Shown here: positions 57,401 through 64,000 of the stretch, one piece after another
Layout: each line of letters begins with the position of its first letter
How positions within the stretch are numbered: position 1 is the stretch's first letter
Source of the DNA: Neocallimastix sp. 'constans'
Lineage: Eukaryota
Reading direction: 5' to 3'
NCBI GenBank assembly: GCA_050613775.1
Contig: JBODTK010000010.1
Location: 682,001 to 746,000 of the forward strand
Length of the DNA stretch: 64,000 nt
The notes under the pieces: generated by a model
Seen by the model: only the letters and a program-made list of their open reading frames with translations
What the model was told of the DNA's origin: nothing
Database searches by the model: none
Program-made: the position numbers and the translations under genes

Positions 57401-59826
57401 TTTGATCGATATTATCTGTTTTTAGCTTTTTACGTAAAGGCCCATCTTCATTATTATTTAATTTTGTTACATCTGATAAAGAATTTGTACTTTCAAATCC
57501 ATGTTTATTATTGTTATCTTTTGAAACTTTCGTTATTATATTATTATCATGATTTCCAATATTATCATTATCAACGTTCATTACAATGGTAGCATTTTCA
57601 TCATCAGTCTTCATTTCAACATCATTATCCTTACTATTTATCTTATCTATTTTTTCTTTCTTTGATAAATTTCCGAAGTCTTTATCAATTTCCATCTTAT
57701 CATTTTCAGATTTTTGACTTTCCATATCATTTTTTTTGGGAGATTTTATATTTTGGAAAGAATCATTTTTTTTAATTTCATGATTCATTTTTCCTTCCAA
57801 ATTAGCTGAATCACTTTCTTTTTTATTAGAGGATTCATTTTTATTTATTTTATTTTTTTTATCCAATATTTTATCTTCCTTTTGATAAGAATTATTATCT
57901 TTTTCAATTGTATTATTATCTTGAGGTTTTTTATTATTGTTCATTGATTCTATACCTTTTCCAAGTAATAAATTTTTTGATGATAATTCAGAAGTTTCGC
58001 CTTTCTTTTCTTCTAAAGGTTTCATTTCGGAAATGCTCTTTTTCTCTTCTAACTTTTGATTAATTATTCCTGAAGATGGTTCTTCCTTTATAACAACATC
58101 TACTTTAGGGAAACTTTTTTCAGAAGAAATAGATTCTACACTTAATTCATTTAATGATTTAACTTCTTTACTATTTTTAGAAACAATATCTTTCTTATTA
58201 TCTATTTTATTTTCAATATTTAGTAAATTATTATGTTTTGAAGTTGTATCTGTCTTATCATCTTTAATATTCTTAATAGAATTATTTTCTTTTAATTTTT
58301 CATTCGTATCAATTTCCATTTTACTACTTTTATTCAATGAACTATTTATTTCTTCTTTCTTTGATGTTGAATCATTTGAAATAAAAGACTTATCTAATGA
58401 CTTCAATTCATCATTTACTTCGAATTTTCTATCATCCTTCATTATATCCATTTTTTCTTCCCTTTTTTTAGATTCCTCTTCCTTCTTATTTTCAATATTA
58501 TTATTATCCTTTTTTGAAATATTACTTGATTCAAATTTATTATCTCTTTTAATTTCTTCTTCTTTTTTAATAAATTGATCATTTTTCTTTGGAATTGATT
58601 CTTCTTCATTTTCATTTAATAAGTTAGTAAAGGTCTCCTTTTTACCTTCATTTTTACTATTATCAACAGTTTCTTCATCATAATCATCGTCTTCATCAAT
58701 TATTTTTGTTTTATTATCTTTTATTAATAATTTATTTGTGTTATTATTTAAATTACTAACATTTTTATCATCTTTTTTAGCTTCTATTATAATATTAGAA
58801 TCATTACTGGCTATTGAAGGGTTAATTAATGAATTTTCATTATTTTTTTGAATAGAATTTTTATTTTCAAACTTATTTTCCATTTTAATATTTTTGTCAT
58901 CAACATTTATTCCCAATTTTTTTAGATCTTCCTTATATTCTTCTTTTTTTGAATTTATTTTCAACTTTTTAGCTCTATTTATAACAGTAAATTCATTCAT
59001 ATCATTATGATTATATCTCTCAATAAGATTATAATAATTATTTGGCCAATTCCTCAATAACTGAGAATCTCGTTTTATGCTATAATTAAAAATAATCATT
59101 TATACGTATATAAATTATTTAACATTTATATTTATTTTTAAAGAAATATTTGAATTTTAATTATCATATTCTAAAATAATTCACATAAAGTTTCCTTTTT
59201 TTTTTTTTTATTTTATTTTTTCATTATTATTAAATCAAATTTTTAATCAATATATAATTTAAAATTTTAATAAAAAAAAAAAAAAATAAATAAATAAAAT
59301 ACCTTATATATTGAGAATTAATTTCTGGAAATGCCATAATTATATTATCTGTTTTTTGGTATGATTCAACAATCCATTCCAATCCATGAATTTTCTTCAT
59401 CATTCTATAAGCTTCTTGCTTGTGATCTTCCATTGATTGTAAATCTTCATAATTATCACTACTCTCATTATTATTATTTTTATGTGTAGCATAAAAGGCA
59501 TCTAATGAAATTGATCTTTGAGGTTTATAACGAATACATTTTCTACCATGACGATAGCTATATCCTTTTGGAATTCTTACAACTTTTTCTACGCATAAGC
59601 TTTCACCATCATGACCACTTCCCCAACCTTTACTTTTCAAACCTCTTCTTATAGAACCATTATAATGTTCTAACCTTGGTAAAATTCTTAAATATACACA
59701 TAAATCATGATCTGGTAAATTATCATAAGAATCTAATTTTCCTGTTATCCATGGACTTTGAATATCTGCTATTAATAAAATAATATTATATAAAATTTAT
59801 ATTTTATTTTTTATAATGCATTATTT

Positions 59827-59871
<45 letters not shown>

Positions 59872-60428
59872 AAAGAAAAAAAAAATTTAAATTATCGTTA
59901 AAAAATAGTTTTAAATTTTTAATATTTACTTGTATCAGTTGCAGTAAAGGCATTTGGGGATTCTTCAAGTGGCCAATTCTCACTTGGGGCATCAACGGGC
60001 TTATACAATCCAGAATGAATAATCACTAAAATAAAATATTAAAATATATATATATATATATATATCAATATTTAAGTTATCCAAATGAATTATTTAGTAG
60101 TATAAATGAATAAATGAATGGTAAAATAAAATTAATAAATAGCTCTATAATTTATACATACTTGCAACAATATCAGAATCATCACTATAAATTTCGGTAC
60201 CCCATATTGCACGATTTTGAATTGCTAAATTAGTAGAATATAGAAGAAATTTTGCAGGAATACGTACCGCAATAGTTGAATAATAATGTTCTGAAGTAAG
60301 TGTTGGTAATACAAATAATTCTAAATCTTCTGGCTTTTCTGAATTTGGATTAACAGTTTTTGGTCCTTCATATAAATAAAAGCCTACAAAATGAATAACA
60401 ATAAATATTTATTAGGTCAATTAAACAA

Positions 60429-60460
<32 letters not shown>

Positions 60461-62994
60461 TACAAATTTAAATAGATAGATATAAAGGATAAAGATTATA
60501 ATATTTTTATTTAAAATATATATATTGATATTTTTATATTTGATAACATATAATATATAAAAATTATTGAAAAAAAATTAAATATCTACCATAAAACTTT
60601 TCTGTAACTCCTTTTGGAATTCTTTGTAATCTTTCATCATTAATAACTGAGACTTCATTTGGATGTATTCTCTTTCTACCTCTATGATGATTAATATAAC
60701 CTTGTGAATTTTGAAAAGAATAATTTGATCTTGACATATCTTGCGATATAGTCATACCATTTTCATTAATATTACCTTTACTATATGAACGAGACCTTGG
60801 GTGATTATAATTGTCATTGAAATTATTATTGTTATTTTCATTATTAAAACTATTATTATTGGTATTATTATTATTATAATTATTATTATGTATTTTTTGT
60901 GATTGTTGAGACATTCGATAATTTTGTTGAGGTCGGTTCTGACTCATATTCATTGGACTCATATTTTGATTCTGTTGTTGATAAACCGACATTTGATTTT
61001 TTATTGGTATTGATGATGAATGATCGTTTACTGCTATACTTTGTAAACCTAAATAATTTAAATATGAAATTAAATAAATTTTTAAATAAATTAATTAGAA
61101 TTATAATTTATTATTGATAAATTTCTATTAATATCAAAATTTTAATTATTATTATTATTATTATTAAAATAAAGTATTATCATATGGTTACCATTATTAT
61201 TACTAATATTACTAATATTACTAATATGATTACTATGAGTATTTTTGTTATTATTATTACTAGTAGTATTTATATTGACATAACCTTGACTTATTTGAGT
61301 AACAGTTGTTTCATCATATTCATATTTCACTTTTTGTAATCCTGGTTCAATTTTAATATTAGTATAATTCTGATCTTCAGTTATAGACCTATATATTGAA
61401 GATTCTTTAGGTTTATACGAATCCACTGAGCTTCGTCTATTCATATTTTCTGATATTGAAGGTAAAGAATATGTAGTTGATTGTGATGAATTCATTGGTA
61501 TTTGATTATTATTATTTGATGACATATTCATATTATATTGATTATGATAATTCATATTGGATGATTGAGTAGATTGATTTTGATTGGAATAATTATTTAT
61601 CATAGAATGAGACGGTTGTTGAGATTGAGAAGAGTTAGAATTTGACATAGATTGCTGATGCATCATATTTTGATTCCACTCTTGATTATATAGATTGTGT
61701 TGTGACGACTGATCATTATCATTTTCTTCTTTTATATTTCTCATACTGTTGTTATTATTATTACCATTGTTGTAGTAATAAGGTACATTACTATTTTTTA
61801 TCATATTATCATTTCTACCATTATTATTATTATTATTACCATAAATATTATTATTCATTTCTCTTTGATCATTATTATATGGTCCATCTTGATTTCTATT
61901 GTCCATTGAATTATTATAAATGTTACCACTATTATTATTTAATTCACTCCGCATTATATTTCTATTGAAATTATTATTATTATTGTTGTTATTGTTATTA
62001 TTATTGTTGTTATTCATTCCAATGTTCATATTTATATCATCTCTTGGCATATTACCCATTAAATCATTATTCATATTGTTATTCATATTCATATTATTCA
62101 TATTATTATTAGTATTACTATTATGTGGTAAAGAATAATCTTGATTATAAGATGATTTCATTTTTGAAATAGAAGGAAGATTAATATTGGTCATACTACC
62201 ACCACCCATAGACGTTATCGGCGTTATATATGACTGAGATATCATATTATTCATATTATTATTTGTATTATTATTCATATTATTATTAATATTATTATTC
62301 ATATTATTATTATTCATATTATTATTATTCATGTTATTATTATTCATATTATTATTATTCATATTATTATTATTCATATTATTATTATTATTCATATTAT
62401 TATTATTATTCATATTATTATTACTCATGTTACTATTATTCATGTTATTATTAATATTACTATTGTTCATATTATTCATATTGTTTATATTACTCATATT
62501 ATTATTAATATTACTCATACTGCCCATATTATTATTCATATTATTATTCATATTACCCATATTATTATTCATGTTATTTATATTATTCATATTATTATTC
62601 ATATTCATATTTCCCATATTGTTATTCATATTATTATTATTATTGTACATCATATTATTTGAATAAGATTGCTGTGGTTGTTGTGTTATAGAATATTGAG
62701 AATTTGATGCACTATGTTGATTTGAGGAATCTGATGAATGAGGTGATAATATATCACGATTATCATTGGGTAACCTCATTGAAGGATTTTGCATGGAATT
62801 CATATTAAATTGACTTGAATTAGCTGTTGAGTTTTGTTTTGATGATATATTCATTATTGGACTATCAGTTTCTCTATTTGAATATCTATAAGACTGATTC
62901 ATTTGATTATCTTATTTTATTTTATTTTTGTTTTTTAATAAAATATAATAAAAAATGTTAATAAATTAATATTTATTCATAAAATAACTGTTTT

Positions 62995-63027
<33 letters not shown>

Positions 63028-63665
63028 CAATAATTCAAATAATAACTATATATATATTTACTTTTTTGAGGTAAATAGGAAGTTGAAGTTGAAGGAGGAT
63101 TTTGCAAATTATCCATTGGTCTAATAGAATTTGGAGATGAAACATTAGAATTTATCATTGGAAATTTCATAGTTCTTTTATCTAAAGATCTCATTTGATT
63201 ATTATTGTTATTGCTATTATTATTGTTATTATATGGACGAGATGAATGTGACATTTCAGAATATGAATCATTTTGTGACATGTATGATTGATTATATCCT
63301 ACATAATCATTTATTAATATAATAAAATAATAGATTAAATATTAGAAATTAGTTATTTAAAAAAAAAAATGTATATATATATATATATAATAAATAAGAT
63401 AAATTAAATCTATAAATATGTTAATATATTTATATATATTGATATTTATATATTGTATATATTACCAGATAGATCAGCAGAAGAATTTCTTCTAGGTTGA
63501 TTTTGATCCATCATAGAATCATTCATTTGCATACTTTTTTGTTCTTTCATAATTATTATAGTTGTTGATAAAATTTTATTTTAAAGCAATTATTATAAAA
63601 AAATAATAATAATAAATAAAACATATACATACAATTAAAAATAAATCAATTACAAAAAGTAAAAT

Positions 63666-63715
<50 letters not shown>

Positions 63716-64000
63716 GTATAATTTTCAATAATACTATAAAATTGTAAATTTTATTTTCAAAAAAAAAAAAAAAAAAAAAAAGGATATATATATATATATA
63801 CCTTTATTATCAATATCTGAATAACTATCTGATATATTATCTTTATCATACATTTTCATTCTTTTATTCATGGGAAGTATCACAGAATTATCCATTTCAG
63901 GATTATTATTATTTATATCCATATTTCCTGATAGTTTTCCCATATTATTATATGTATTTTGCGGTGGATAAGACTGCATTGGTTGTATGCGTGAATTATC
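54492..64000 (-). CDS. RXT3: Rxt3-domain (Rpd3L/Sin3 histone deacetylase complex subunit-like) protein with very long low-complexity flanks; 5' end likely outside the window
   Basis: Exons at 59.3-60.4 kb encode TIAVRIPA...NRAIWGTEIYSDDSDIVA-IIHSG and DLCVYLRILPRLEHYNGSIRRGLKSKGWGSGHDGES. Adjacent GT-AG exons are N/M/Q-rich upstream and K/E/N/S/RD-rich downstream. Confidence 0.85.

Overview
Extremely AT-rich, intron-containing eukaryotic DNA. Composition, intron style and gene content suggest an anaerobic gut fungus (Neocallimastigomycota); this is inferred, not verified. From left to right: a Ty3/Gypsy chromovirus relic with an in-frame deletion of RT/RNase H and non-matching LTR-like units (1.3-6.3 kb); a decayed LINE 3' end; LUC7; TSC2; an RPA-interacting protein; an intronless bacterial-type CobW/COG0523 GTPase (likely horizontal transfer); a divergent OSBP; a ~10 kb nest of six co-oriented APE-type LINE relics (30.5-40.8 kb); glycogen synthase; a ~9.7 kb gene-free stretch with two short TSD-flanked LINE 3' stubs; and a very large low-complexity Rxt3-domain gene running off the right edge. 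The most striking observation is a covarying multi-stem RNA structure, starting at AA|GAGC, shared by six copies from divergent LINE families. Both short insertions in the gene-free stretch begin at its first nucleotide, so it is a candidate self-cleaving/processing element or SINE-like head. All structures and alignments were done by eye and need computational confirmation.
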